Under the pieces are notes generated by a model. That model was given only the letters and a program-made list of their open reading frames with translations. It made no database searches and had not been told where the DNA came from. Position numbers and translations under genes: made by a program. Shown piece by piece: positions 1-8,608 of a stretch of 64,000 nucleotides of DNA (position 1 is the stretch's first letter; each line of letters starts with the position of its first letter). The stretch is from Gemmatimonadota bacterium (GTDB lineage Bacteria; Gemmatimonadota; Gemmatimonadetes; JACCXV01; JAHWKZ01), in assembly GCA_039588915.1 (NCBI GenBank), contig JBDGYV010000006.1, positions 13,116 to 77,115 on the forward strand, written 5' to 3'.

Positions 1-397
1 ACCGTGCAACGACCCTCACTTCGTCGGGGAACTCAACCCCGTCGAGCATCGCGTCCGCCCGGCCAATCGTGAAAGCAAACGGGAACCGAACCCCCTGATG
101 GCGTTGGACGGCCAACGGTGGCCCACCTTCACCCTCAGTTCGGCGAATGAACAGGAAGAGCACCCCGTCGTCGGCGACCGTTCCAGCGTTCGCCGGAAAA
201 ACGATATCGCCTCGCAACTCGTCGCCCGCCGCACTCGCCGACCGCGTCTGCTCACGCGTGACGCTCAGCGCCGGCGGCAGCCCGGTTTCGGAAACGAGCG
301 GTCGGTCGCGAGCCTCGCGGGCAAACTCGTCCTCGGGTGTGACTCGTTGACTGCAAGCGACAATTGCGAGTCCAAAGACCATGAACGTTTTCAACAT
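1..397 (-). CDS. Partial lipoprotein of unknown function; 5' end in window, continues off the window start
   Basis: Minus-strand translation from the ATG at 395-397 gives MLKTFMVFGLAIVAC-SQ..., a signal peptide with a lipobox. The frame stays open to position 1 and the third-position GC is high. Not in the ORF track because there is no stop in the window. An alternative start at 404-406 is possible. Confidence 0.45.
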   Translation of the reverse strand, partial: MLKTFMVFGLAIVACSQRVTPEDEFAREARDRPLVSETGLPPALSVTREQTRSASAAGDELRGDIVFPANAGTVADDGVLFLFIRRTEGEGGPPLAVQRHQGVRFPFAFTIGRADAMLDGVEFPDEVRVVAR

Positions 398-1880
398 CAA
401 TCGCATGGCCGATAACTTACGATCTCGCTATATAAACTGCATGCTCACCGATCGCGTGCTCGCGGGCCTCGCGGAGACGACGTCGCCGGCTCGCGTGTTG
501 ACCGCGCGCGAAGACCTCCTCACGTACGCCTCGGATGCCACCGCCCTCCATCGGTGCGTGCCCGAGGCGGTCGTTATTCCCCGCGACACAGGACAGGTGA
601 CCCGCATCGTCAAGCTGGCCAACGAGGAGGGGTTCGCGCTCGTGCCTCGCGGAGCCGGAACTGGATTGTCGGCCGGTGCGGTACCAACCATTGATAGCGT
701 AGTGATGCTCTTTCCATCGTGGAATCGGATCGTCGAAGTCGACCCGGTGAACCACACGGCATGGGTCGAGCCCGGGGTGATCACTGCCGATCTCCATGCT
801 GCTGTTGAACCGTACGGCCTGTTCTATCCACCCGATCCGGGTTCGATGCGGATCTGTACGCTGGGCGGAAACGTGGCCGAGAACGCCGGCGGGCTTCGCG
901 GCCTCAAGTACGGAGTCACAAAGGACTACGTCATGGGCCTCGAAGCGGTCTTGCCGACTGGAGAATTCCTAGCGCTGGGTGGGAAATCGTTCAAGGACGT
1001 GGCCGGATACAACCTGATGGATCTCCTTGTCGGCAGCGAGGGCACGCTGGCGGTCTTCACGCGGATCCTCGTCAGGTTGGTTGCCAAACCTCAGTCGACG
1101 CGCACAATCCTAGCGTCGTTCGACTCGGTCGGTGCGGCGGGTCACACGGTCACCGCGATCTTGGCTACCGGGATCGTGCCGGCGACCCTCGAGTTCCTCG
1201 ACCAGGTCACGATCCGCGCCGTCGAATCGTTCGCCGGGCTCGGACTGCCCGCCGATCTGGCGGCCCTGCTGTTGATCGAGGTCGATGGGCGAGCGCATGC
1301 GGTCGCAGAGGACGCTGACGCGGTCAACCGAATCTGTCGACAGCACGGCGCGCGTGAAGTGCGGAGCGCCACCGATGCGGACGAGGCGGAAGACTTGCGC
1401 GCAGCGCGACGAGTGTCGTTCACCGCTTTGGCCAGGATCGGTCCGACCACGATTCTCGAGGACGTCGCCGTGCCGCGCAGCGCGGTGGCATCGATGCTCG
1501 TTCGCATCCAAGAGATCGCTGCGGAGCACCAAGTTCAGATCGGCGTGTTCGGACACGCCGGCGACGGCAACTTGCACCCCACCTGCATCACAGATGCCCG
1601 CGACGCCGAGGCGATCGTGCGTACCGAGGCCGCGCTAGAGGAGATCTTCGACGCCGCCGTCACGTTAGGGGGAACAATCACAGGTGAACACGGCGTCGGG
1701 CTCGCAAAGCGCAAGTTCCTGGAACGCCACACCGGCGACCCGGCGCTTCGTTTCATGCGTCAGATCAAGGCCGTGCTCGACCCGAACCAAGTGCTAAACC
1801 CCGGCAAAGTGCTGGGGCACTCAGCGCGTTGCGAGCACCCACCTCTTGGTCACCCGGCCTACGAGGAGGCGCTCTCCTGA
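381..1880 (+). CDS. glcD: FAD-linked oxidase, GlcD-type (glycolate oxidase or D-lactate dehydrogenase family)
   Basis: 499-aa ORF with an FAD_binding_4-like N-terminus (RIVKLANEEGFALVPRGAGTGLSAGAVP) and the typical C-terminal GEHGVG segment. The start may be the second ATG at 405. Confidence 0.85.
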   Translation: MNVFNINRMADNLRSRYINCMLTDRVLAGLAETTSPARVLTAREDLLTYASDATALHRCVPEAVVIPRDTGQVTRIVKLANEEGFALVPRGAGTGLSAGAVPTIDSVVMLFPSWNRIVEVDPVNHTAWVEPGVITADLHAAVEPYGLFYPPDPGSMRICTLGGNVAENAGGLRGLKYGVTKDYVMGLEAVLPTGEFLALGGKSFKDVAGYNLMDLLVGSEGTLAVFTRILVRLVAKPQSTRTILASFDSVGAAGHTVTAILATGIVPATLEFLDQVTIRAVESFAGLGLPADLAALLLIEVDGRAHAVAEDADAVNRICRQHGAREVRSATDADEAEDLRAARRVSFTALARIGPTTILEDVAVPRSAVASMLVRIQEIAAEHQVQIGVFGHAGDGNLHPTCITDARDAEAIVRTEAALEEIFDAAVTLGGTITGEHGVGLAKRKFLERHTGDPALRFMRQIKAVLDPNQVLNPGKVLGHSARCEHPPLGHPAYEEALS

Positions 1881-3256
1881 AGGCGGACCTCGCTCCGCTT
1901 GACCCCGTCTTTCATCCGGACAGCGATCTGCTGACCGCGTGTATTCAGTGTGGGCTCTGCTTGCCATCTTGTCCCACGTTCGCGATGACGCCGCGCGAGC
2001 GAGCCGGTCCCCGCGGCCGAATCACGCTCATGCGGGCGGCCGCGAGCGGTGAGATCGAGGTCGGTTACCCCCCGTTCGCCGAGGCCATGTACTACTGCCT
2101 CGGATGCCGAGCATGCGAGACCGCGTGCCCGGCCGGGGTCGAGTTCGGACGATTGCTCGAGGCGGCCCGAGCCGCAATCGACAGCAGCAACGGGCGCGAA
2201 GCGTGGCGCCCGGAGCCCGCCCAGAATTGGCTCCTAAACCGGATCATCACCCACCCCACACGGCTCCGGTGGATAGCACGCTCGGTGAGGTTGTATCAGC
2301 GTGTGCTCAAGAAACGCGCTCGATTCAAGCGGTGGATCGCCAACCGATTCCCAGACCTCGAGCCACTCGAGCCGCTGGCACCCGAGATCCCGCGTCAACG
2401 CCGCCGGTGGCGGACACCAGCTGCGCTTGGGCCATCGGATGTCGTGATCAACGGCGATACGCCGTCTGTCCGCGGGACGGTGGCGCTACACCCCGGTTGT
2501 GTGCAATCGGTGTTCTTGCCCGACGTCAACGCCGACACCGCGCAGGTCTTGGCCTACAACGCTTGGCAGGTCGTGGTGCCGAAACAGTTTCGGTGCTGCG
2601 GCGCACTCCACGCTCACTATGGCCAACTGGATGTCGCTCGTTCGTTGGCGCGCAAAAACATCGCCGTGTTTGAAACGTCGAATGCAGACCGACTGATCTC
2701 CAACGCCGCTGGGTGCGGCGCCCACATGAAGGCATATGGTCAGCTTTTGAATGGAGATCCTGATTGGGCGGAACGAGCAGCAAAGGTCGGCGCTGCGGTC
2801 GTCGATGTCACCGAGCATCTTGTCGATCGCGGGGTGCGCCGGCCGCGTCGCCCGATCGGCTTGAGAGCGACGTATCACGATGCGTGTCATCTGCTCCACG
2901 GCCAACGGGTGGCCGAAGCCCCGCGGATGCTCTTGCGTTCGATCCCTGGACTCGACCTGGCACCGCTTCCAGAGTCAACGTGGTGCTGCGGGTCAGCCGG
3001 GCTATACAACGTGACCCACCCCGAGGCCGCGGCCAAGCTTCAGCAGAGAAAGGTCACCCAGATTTTGGCCACGGGTGCCGAGCTCGTCGTCACTGGTAAT
3101 CCTGGCTGCACGTTTCAGATCGCGGCCGGGCTGCGCGCTGCCGGGTCACCGGTCAGGGTGGTCCACCCAGCGACCGTGCTGCGCATCGCCTATGAGCTGC
3201 CGCCGCTGTTACCGAGGCGGCGTTGGCGTCCTACTCCGTTCCGTCGCCCGGTGTAA
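1829..3256 (+). CDS. glcF: (Fe-S)-binding subunit, GlcF-type, with two 4Fe-4S ferredoxin motifs and CCG domains
   Basis: CIQCGLCLPSCP and CLGCRACETACP motifs plus cysteine-rich C-terminal CCG-like repeats. Overlaps the glcD stop. The true start is probably a non-ATG codon near 1877, downstream of a GAGGAGG Shine-Dalgarno at 1863-1869; the 1829 start uses TTG. Confidence 0.8.
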   Translation: MRAPTSWSPGLRGGALLKADLAPLDPVFHPDSDLLTACIQCGLCLPSCPTFAMTPRERAGPRGRITLMRAAASGEIEVGYPPFAEAMYYCLGCRACETACPAGVEFGRLLEAARAAIDSSNGREAWRPEPAQNWLLNRIITHPTRLRWIARSVRLYQRVLKKRARFKRWIANRFPDLEPLEPLAPEIPRQRRRWRTPAALGPSDVVINGDTPSVRGTVALHPGCVQSVFLPDVNADTAQVLAYNAWQVVVPKQFRCCGALHAHYGQLDVARSLARKNIAVFETSNADRLISNAAGCGAHMKAYGQLLNGDPDWAERAAKVGAAVVDVTEHLVDRGVRRPRRPIGLRATYHDACHLLHGQRVAEAPRMLLRSIPGLDLAPLPESTWCCGSAGLYNVTHPEAAAKLQQRKVTQILATGAELVVTGNPGCTFQIAAGLRAAGSPVRVVHPATVLRIAYELPPLLPRRRWRPTPFRRPV

Positions 3257-3390
3257 CCCTCCGCCCCGTCAGTTCCATCACTTGGTACTCAGTGCCGTCT
3301 TCGGACATCGTGTACATCTCGAAAACGAACGTGTCGGGACCCGTCCAGTGCGTAACGGACCGCACCGGGACGTCATCCCGGCCGGTCATG

Positions 3391-3689
3391 AAGTCATCGG
3401 GGTACCCATCAACGTCACCGCATTGGTCGCCGGATCGTCGGTGCCCCGCGAGACCATCGACGCGGTGGACAAGGGCAACAAGAGCTACCACCAGCTGGAC
3501 TACATCCTGATCGGCAAATCGCTCGCGGCGAAGAACAAGACCGTGAAGCCGTACATCGAATGGCGTGTACAACCCACGCGCGTGAATCAGAGGGGCAAGC
3601 CGCCCCGAGTCACGAAGTTCTTCAAGGGTGTGACGAGTAGAGCAAAGGCATCGGATCACTGTCCCGTGGCGATCAAGGTGAAAGGGTAG
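3391..3689 (+). pseudogene. C-terminal fragment of an endonuclease/exonuclease/phosphatase (EEP) family gene
   Basis: The translation ends ...LDYILIGKSLAAK...ASDHCPVAIKVKG, matching the C-terminal RIDYI..S and SDHxPV signature of EEP enzymes. Only about 100 aa fit between the glcF stop and 3689, whereas a full EEP domain is about 250 aa. The upstream part of this frame overlaps glcF. Confidence 0.3.
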
Positions 3690-3690
3690 A

Positions 3691-4668
3691 GTGCAGGGCA
3701 CTCGGCGAGTAATCGAGCGTGTCCGAAAACGAGGACACACCGACCTCCGTACCGGCTCTCCACTTTCCACGACCTGCCATCACTGGGTCTCAGGCCCCAA
3801 GCGGAAGAATGGCGCGGAATCTGCGGCGATTCTTTGGGCTCATCTCAACCAGAGGGCGTTCCCATTGAAGATCCTGCGATTTCGAAAGTCGGAGCGGCTC
3901 ATCCACTGGGCCCTGGCCATACCCTTCCTGGTCTGCTATTGCAGCGCCCTCGTATTGGTCGTGTTTTACAATCCGGCGCCAGATCGTCCCTATAGAGATA
4001 TTTTTTCGTGGATCCACCGCGTCTCCGGTATCTGCCTGACCGTCTTACCGCCGCTGGCGGTGCTCCGTTGCAGCGGGGACTGGAAGATTCATTTTTCCAA
4101 CATCAAGCAGGCCTGGATGTGGACGATCGATGACATCAAGTGGCTCTCGCTCATGGGATTGGCTTTCATCAACCCTCGCGTCCGACTTCCGAAGCAGGGT
4201 AAATTCAATGCAGGCGAGAAAATCAACTTTATGATGCTGATGGGTACGTATCCGCTGTACCTGCTCACGGGCGCTTTGATCTGGCTCACCGGTGGTGCCC
4301 TTCTGGCGTGGCTGGTGCACATTGCCATGGCCATCGTGGCGACGCCGCTGATCTTCGGTCACATCTTCATGGCAACCGTCAATCCCGAGACGCGCGCGGG
4401 CCTTTCTGGGATGATCACGGGCTTTGTGGATCGGCAATGGGCGAAGCACCACCACGCAAAATGGTACGAGGAAGAGATCGAGTCGGGCTCGCCGAATCCG
4501 ACGGAAGCGCCCGAGGAGGAGTCTGCCCCGTTGGGCGTACCGGGCGCGGCAGACATTCCTACACTCTTTGCCATGTACGTGGCGGCGCAGTCAGACTCTG
4601 AAGATGCTGATTCCGAGGAGGCCTCCGAGGACTCCAGCGATCGGCTGATCATCCCCCGGAATCCATAG
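3691..4668 (+). CDS. b-type cytochrome, Ni/Fe-hydrogenase / formate dehydrogenase gamma (FdnI) family, with an acidic C-terminal tail
   Basis: Multi-TM protein with FRKSERLIHWALAIPFLV and conserved His residues in the helices. The true start is probably downstream of 3691 (around 3830-3900). Local GC (~52%) is clearly lower than the window average. The C-terminus is Glu/Asp/Ser-rich. Confidence 0.6.
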   Translation: MQGTRRVIERVRKRGHTDLRTGSPLSTTCHHWVSGPKRKNGAESAAILWAHLNQRAFPLKILRFRKSERLIHWALAIPFLVCYCSALVLVVFYNPAPDRPYRDIFSWIHRVSGICLTVLPPLAVLRCSGDWKIHFSNIKQAWMWTIDDIKWLSLMGLAFINPRVRLPKQGKFNAGEKINFMMLMGTYPLYLLTGALIWLTGGALLAWLVHIAMAIVATPLIFGHIFMATVNPETRAGLSGMITGFVDRQWAKHHHAKWYEEEIESGSPNPTEAPEEESAPLGVPGAADIPTLFAMYVAAQSDSEDADSEEASEDSSDRLIIPRNP

Positions 4669-4840
4669 TTCCGTGCTTAGAATCGATAGCTCGTGCTGAC
4701 GTAGACCTGGTGGCTGTCCCCATCATCGAGGCCTCCATTGTGACCGGTGGCTCTTCGGGCGCAAACCACATCACGATCGTCTCCTCATATTCTGCGTTTC
4801 AACGTTGGTCTCCTTTCTCCTCGCTGTTCATCAGTTGTCG

Positions 4841-5857
4841 TCACCGCTCTCCTACGTCGTACTCGACCGCGTCGCGCCGTTGGAACACGAGATCAACCGT
4901 GCGGACGTGTTCGTCACCGCCGGGCGCCGACCCGGTCATGACGTACACCTTCTCTGAATCAGGGTATTCGCAAACTTCGGGCTCCTCCATCGTCGAGAGC
5001 GTGAAGATCTCGAGCGGTCCGTCACCGGTGTTCTTGATGGCATGCGCCCCGTCGGACCCGGTCGGGCAGAGGATCACGTCGCCGGGTTGGATGTCCCGGG
5101 CACCGGCCACGGTCCGCAACTCCCCATAACCCGAGCGAACCCAAAAGAACTCTTCGTTTACGTGATGAAAATGAAACGGCCACATCCGGTCCCCGGGCGA
5201 CAGGCGATACAAGCTGTAGCCTAGCAGTCGCGCGCCGGAGGCTCGGCCAAGCCGCTTTCGGTCACCACGGAACGGTCCGGCCTCAAACGCTTCCCACGGC
5301 GTGGCGTCGATCGATACGATGTGAGCGTGCGGTGCCTGCGCGAGAACCGGGTCCGGGAGTGGTTCGTCAACCGGCTCGCCCTCGAAGTAGCTCTCAACCA
5401 CCCGACCGTCGCGAACCAAGAGCTTGGTTTTCGACGGCTCCGCGGCCAACCCCTCGAGCCAATACATGCGTTTCCCCGAATCCGGGTAGACAGCCACATC
5501 TCGGCTCAAGAGCGTCGAAGCCATCAGGAGATTGGCAGGCCGATCGGTGCGGTTCAGGAACTGATGTGCATCTTTGGCTCCGGGTGGCAACGCAATGATG
5601 TCGCCGGCTTCCAGCTGATACTCTTCGTCGTCGAGCCGGATCGATGGTTCACCTCCAAGCACGACTACCACCTCCTCGTTGACCAGGTGGTAGTGGTAGG
5701 GCACGTTCGCCTTGCCCGGAGGCAAGACCCACATTCCACAGCCGAGCTTCTTCCCGCCGAGCGGCCGGGAAACATCACCCCACTCGGCTCCAAACCGAAC
5801 ACCGGTTTCCCATTCTTGGAGCGAAAGCTCTGCCAGGTTGGCTACACCTACAGCCAT
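4841..5857 (-). CDS. Bicupin (two cupin domains) protein
   Basis: 338-aa ORF with two cupin-like blocks (PPGKANVPYHYHLVNEEVVVVLGGE and SPGDRMWPFHFHHVNEEFFWVRSG). Confidence 0.7.
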   Translation of the reverse strand: MAVGVANLAELSLQEWETGVRFGAEWGDVSRPLGGKKLGCGMWVLPPGKANVPYHYHLVNEEVVVVLGGEPSIRLDDEEYQLEAGDIIALPPGAKDAHQFLNRTDRPANLLMASTLLSRDVAVYPDSGKRMYWLEGLAAEPSKTKLLVRDGRVVESYFEGEPVDEPLPDPVLAQAPHAHIVSIDATPWEAFEAGPFRGDRKRLGRASGARLLGYSLYRLSPGDRMWPFHFHHVNEEFFWVRSGYGELRTVAGARDIQPGDVILCPTGSDGAHAIKNTGDGPLEIFTLSTMEEPEVCEYPDSEKVYVMTGSAPGGDEHVRTVDLVFQRRDAVEYDVGER

Positions 5858-5865
5858 CGGATACC

Positions 5866-6105
5866 TTGCTCCACATGCCCGACCAAACCGAGATCGAACG
5901 CGCGATCGATGCTGTCTTCGCAGCCGACGAGTTGCAAGAGGCCGGCTTGCGTCAGCGCCGTGCGCTCAAGCTCCTCGACCAGGGTGTTTGGGAAGGCATA
6001 GTAACGCCATTCTATCAAGCGCGCGCGGAGCAACGAATCAATAGTCACATTCGACAGTTGTGGGATGATGCCACATTGGAGCGGTTGGCCAACCCGGAGC
6101 AGTAG
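5866..6105 (+). CDS. Possible small ORF (79 aa) of unknown function
   Basis: It exactly fills the 248-bp gap between two minus-strand genes. Third-position GC is lower than in neighbouring genes and no homology was recognised. Confidence 0.2.
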   Translation: MLHMPDQTEIERAIDAVFAADELQEAGLRQRRALKLLDQGVWEGIVTPFYQARAEQRINSHIRQLWDDATLERLANPEQ

Positions 6106-7857
6106 TCACTCGCCCTCGCTCCACGGCGCTTCGTACACGACTTTACCGCCAATCACAGTACGCAACACATCCACCCGCCAGATGTCGTCTTGCGGAACGA
6201 GCATGAAGTCGCGGTCGAGCATCAAGTAATCAGCCCACTTGCCCGGCGAGAGAGTTCCGACCTCGGCCTCCATACCCGCCGCGTAGGCGGCGTCGCGTGT
6301 AAAACAGGCCAGCGCCTCCTCGCGGGTCATGCGCTCTTCCGGATACCAGCCGCCCTCGGGCCAGCCCTCTCGATCCTGTCGGGTGACTGCGGCGTAGAGT
6401 CCGTAGAACGGGTTGGCGCTCTCGACCGGAAAATCGCTCCCACAGGCGATGTGAACCTCGGCACGACGCAGCTTTCGCCACGCGTAGGCGCCCCCGATTC
6501 GATCCGGCCCCACCCGATCCTCGGCCCAGTACATGTCGCTGGTCGCGTGGGTCGGTTGCATCGAAGCGATCACGCCGAGATCGACGAACCGGTCGATGTC
6601 ATCGAGCGCCACGACCTGGGCGTGTTCGATGCGAGGGCGTTTCCACGTTAGATCGACGTCTCCGTGATCCGGCGGATGGACATCGTACGCTGCCTTGATC
6701 GCGGCCAGAGTCACGCGATTCCCACGATCGCCGATGGCGTGAATGACCGGCTGAAGGCCGAGACCGACCACTCGCGTCATCTCGGCCGCTAACGTCTCGG
6801 GCGGCGTCACCAATAGACCCGAGTTACCGGGATCATCGCGGTAGGGTTCGAGAAGCGCTGCGCCGCGGCTGCCAAGGGCGCCATCCGCGTAAAGCTTCAC
6901 ACCCGCAACCCGGAAATGAGGACCGGCAAAAGCGGCCGCCCCGCCGTGCTCGTCCAGCCAGTCGAGGATCCCCTCGTCGTCACTGTCGAGGTACACCACG
7001 ATGCGCGGTTTGAGCTTCCCGGCTCGAGCCCACGCGTGGTACGTCTCGACGCTCTTGCGACCGTCACCCATCGTATGCACGCCGGTGACGCCAAACGAGA
7101 GTAAGTGGGTCTGGGCCGCCTCGAGGCGTGCCGCGTACTCGGCGTCATCGGGCGTGGGAATCGCGTTCCCAACCAAAGCCATCGCGTTGTCGACGAGTAC
7201 GCCCGTCAGTTCGCCGGTGTCGTCGCGTAGGATCTTGCCGCCCTCTGGATCGGGTGTCTCGGCCGTGACACCTGCCAGTTCGAGCGCCCGTGTGTTGACC
7301 CATGCCGCATGGCCATCGACCCGCGTTAGATAGACGGGTTGGTTCAGGTGATCCCGAGCCACCTGGTCGAGCAGCTCGCGCGTCGGGAACTCCTGCACCG
7401 GCCAATCATTCTGATCCCATCCTCTTCCGATGACCCACTCGTCTGCGGAACGCGTCCCCGAGGCGGCGTGGACCATCTCTGCGATTTCTTCTGCGCTCGA
7501 CGTCCCCCGGAGGTCCAGCGTTCGCAGCGCCAACCCCAATCCAATCATGTGCGCGTGCGCGTCGATGAGTCCCGGTACGACCACGCGACCGCCGAGATCT
7601 TCGACCACCGTCTCCGGCCCTCTAAAATCGGCTGCGATCTCGTCGGCCGTCCCAACCGCCACGATCCGTCCGCCAGCAATCGCCATCGCCTCGGTCCGTG
7701 CGACTTCGGGGTCCATGGTGTAGATGACGCCGTTGGTCATGATCTGATCGGCCGGCTCTTGAGCCTTCGCGGTGAACCCCATCGGCGTAGCGACACAAAT
7801 CGCCAGCGCCCAAGCCAGCAGCCAGATACGATGAGAGCCACAGATTGGAACGTGCAT
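6106..7857 (-). CDS. Secreted amidohydrolase family (Amidohydro_3-like) metal-dependent hydrolase
   Basis: 583 aa with an N-terminal signal peptide, the LIDAHAHMIGLG metal-binding motif, and a C-terminal ACGSDFPV...HATSD region typical of amidohydrolases. Confidence 0.85.
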   Translation of the reverse strand: MHVPICGSHRIWLLAWALAICVATPMGFTAKAQEPADQIMTNGVIYTMDPEVARTEAMAIAGGRIVAVGTADEIAADFRGPETVVEDLGGRVVVPGLIDAHAHMIGLGLALRTLDLRGTSSAEEIAEMVHAASGTRSADEWVIGRGWDQNDWPVQEFPTRELLDQVARDHLNQPVYLTRVDGHAAWVNTRALELAGVTAETPDPEGGKILRDDTGELTGVLVDNAMALVGNAIPTPDDAEYAARLEAAQTHLLSFGVTGVHTMGDGRKSVETYHAWARAGKLKPRIVVYLDSDDEGILDWLDEHGGAAAFAGPHFRVAGVKLYADGALGSRGAALLEPYRDDPGNSGLLVTPPETLAAEMTRVVGLGLQPVIHAIGDRGNRVTLAAIKAAYDVHPPDHGDVDLTWKRPRIEHAQVVALDDIDRFVDLGVIASMQPTHATSDMYWAEDRVGPDRIGGAYAWRKLRRAEVHIACGSDFPVESANPFYGLYAAVTRQDREGWPEGGWYPEERMTREEALACFTRDAAYAAGMEAEVGTLSPGKWADYLMLDRDFMLVPQDDIWRVDVLRTVIGGKVVYEAPWSEGE

Positions 7858-7981
7858 CTAGGATCCGGGGTCTTCGAGAATCGTAGCGCGCCCCGCTGAG
7901 TACCAAACGCAGGGCACAGCAGATACCTTGGCGCGGCCATCCATGGCGCGACCAAGACCAGCGCCGAACTTATGAGGGGTC

Positions 7982-8608
7982 ATGCAGGAGCGCATCCTAG
8001 AGTTCATCGTCCCGTTTCTCGACCAGTACGGCTACCTGACGCTGTTTCTCGTGACGTTTCTCGAGACCAGCGCCTTTCTCGGGCTCATCGCCCCGGGCGA
8101 GACGGTAATCGTGCTGTCCGGCTTTTATGCGTTTCGGGGCGTGCTCGATCCGTGGGCGGTTGGGTTGATCGCCATCGTCGGCGCGTTCGCCGGCGATCAG
8201 GTCGGCTACTTGCTCGGCCGTACCTATGGTCACCAAGTGATCAGCCGCTTTGGTCGGTACTTCTTCTTCGACGAGAAACGGTTGTGCGCCACCGAGCACT
8301 ATTACGATCACCACGGTGGCAAGACGGTCCTTATCGGGCGCTTTATGTCGATCCTCCGATCGTTCGGTCCGGTGGTCGCCGGCATTAGCCGCATGTCGTA
8401 CTGGAAGTTTCTGCCGTGGAGCGTGTTGTCGTGTATCGTTTGGGGCACGACGTTCACGTTGGTCGGTTACTTCTTCGGCGCTTCGTGGGATGCGATCGAG
8501 CGCTATCTCGGTTGGGGGGGCGCGGTCGCATTCGTCGTCGGCATCGTGCTCATCATCTGGCTCCTTCACCGTAAACGCGAGCATCAGCTCGAGCAGGAGT
8601 ATGGGTAG
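7982..8608 (+). CDS. DedA/SNARE-associated family membrane protein
   Basis: 208 aa with TM helices and the conserved DedA core (GETVIVLSGF...G.FAGDQVGYLLGR). Confidence 0.85.
   Translation: MQERILEFIVPFLDQYGYLTLFLVTFLETSAFLGLIAPGETVIVLSGFYAFRGVLDPWAVGLIAIVGAFAGDQVGYLLGRTYGHQVISRFGRYFFFDEKRLCATEHYYDHHGGKTVLIGRFMSILRSFGPVVAGISRMSYWKFLPWSVLSCIVWGTTFTLVGYFFGASWDAIERYLGWGGAVAFVVGIVLIIWLLHRKREHQLEQEYG

Noticed and set aside
3075-3390. N-terminal two-thirds of the 204-aa plus-strand ORF overlapping the glcF 3' end
   Set aside because: It overlaps a confidently assigned gene in another frame. Only the C-terminal ~100 aa (the EEP-like motif) carry signal, and those are reported separately as a fragment.
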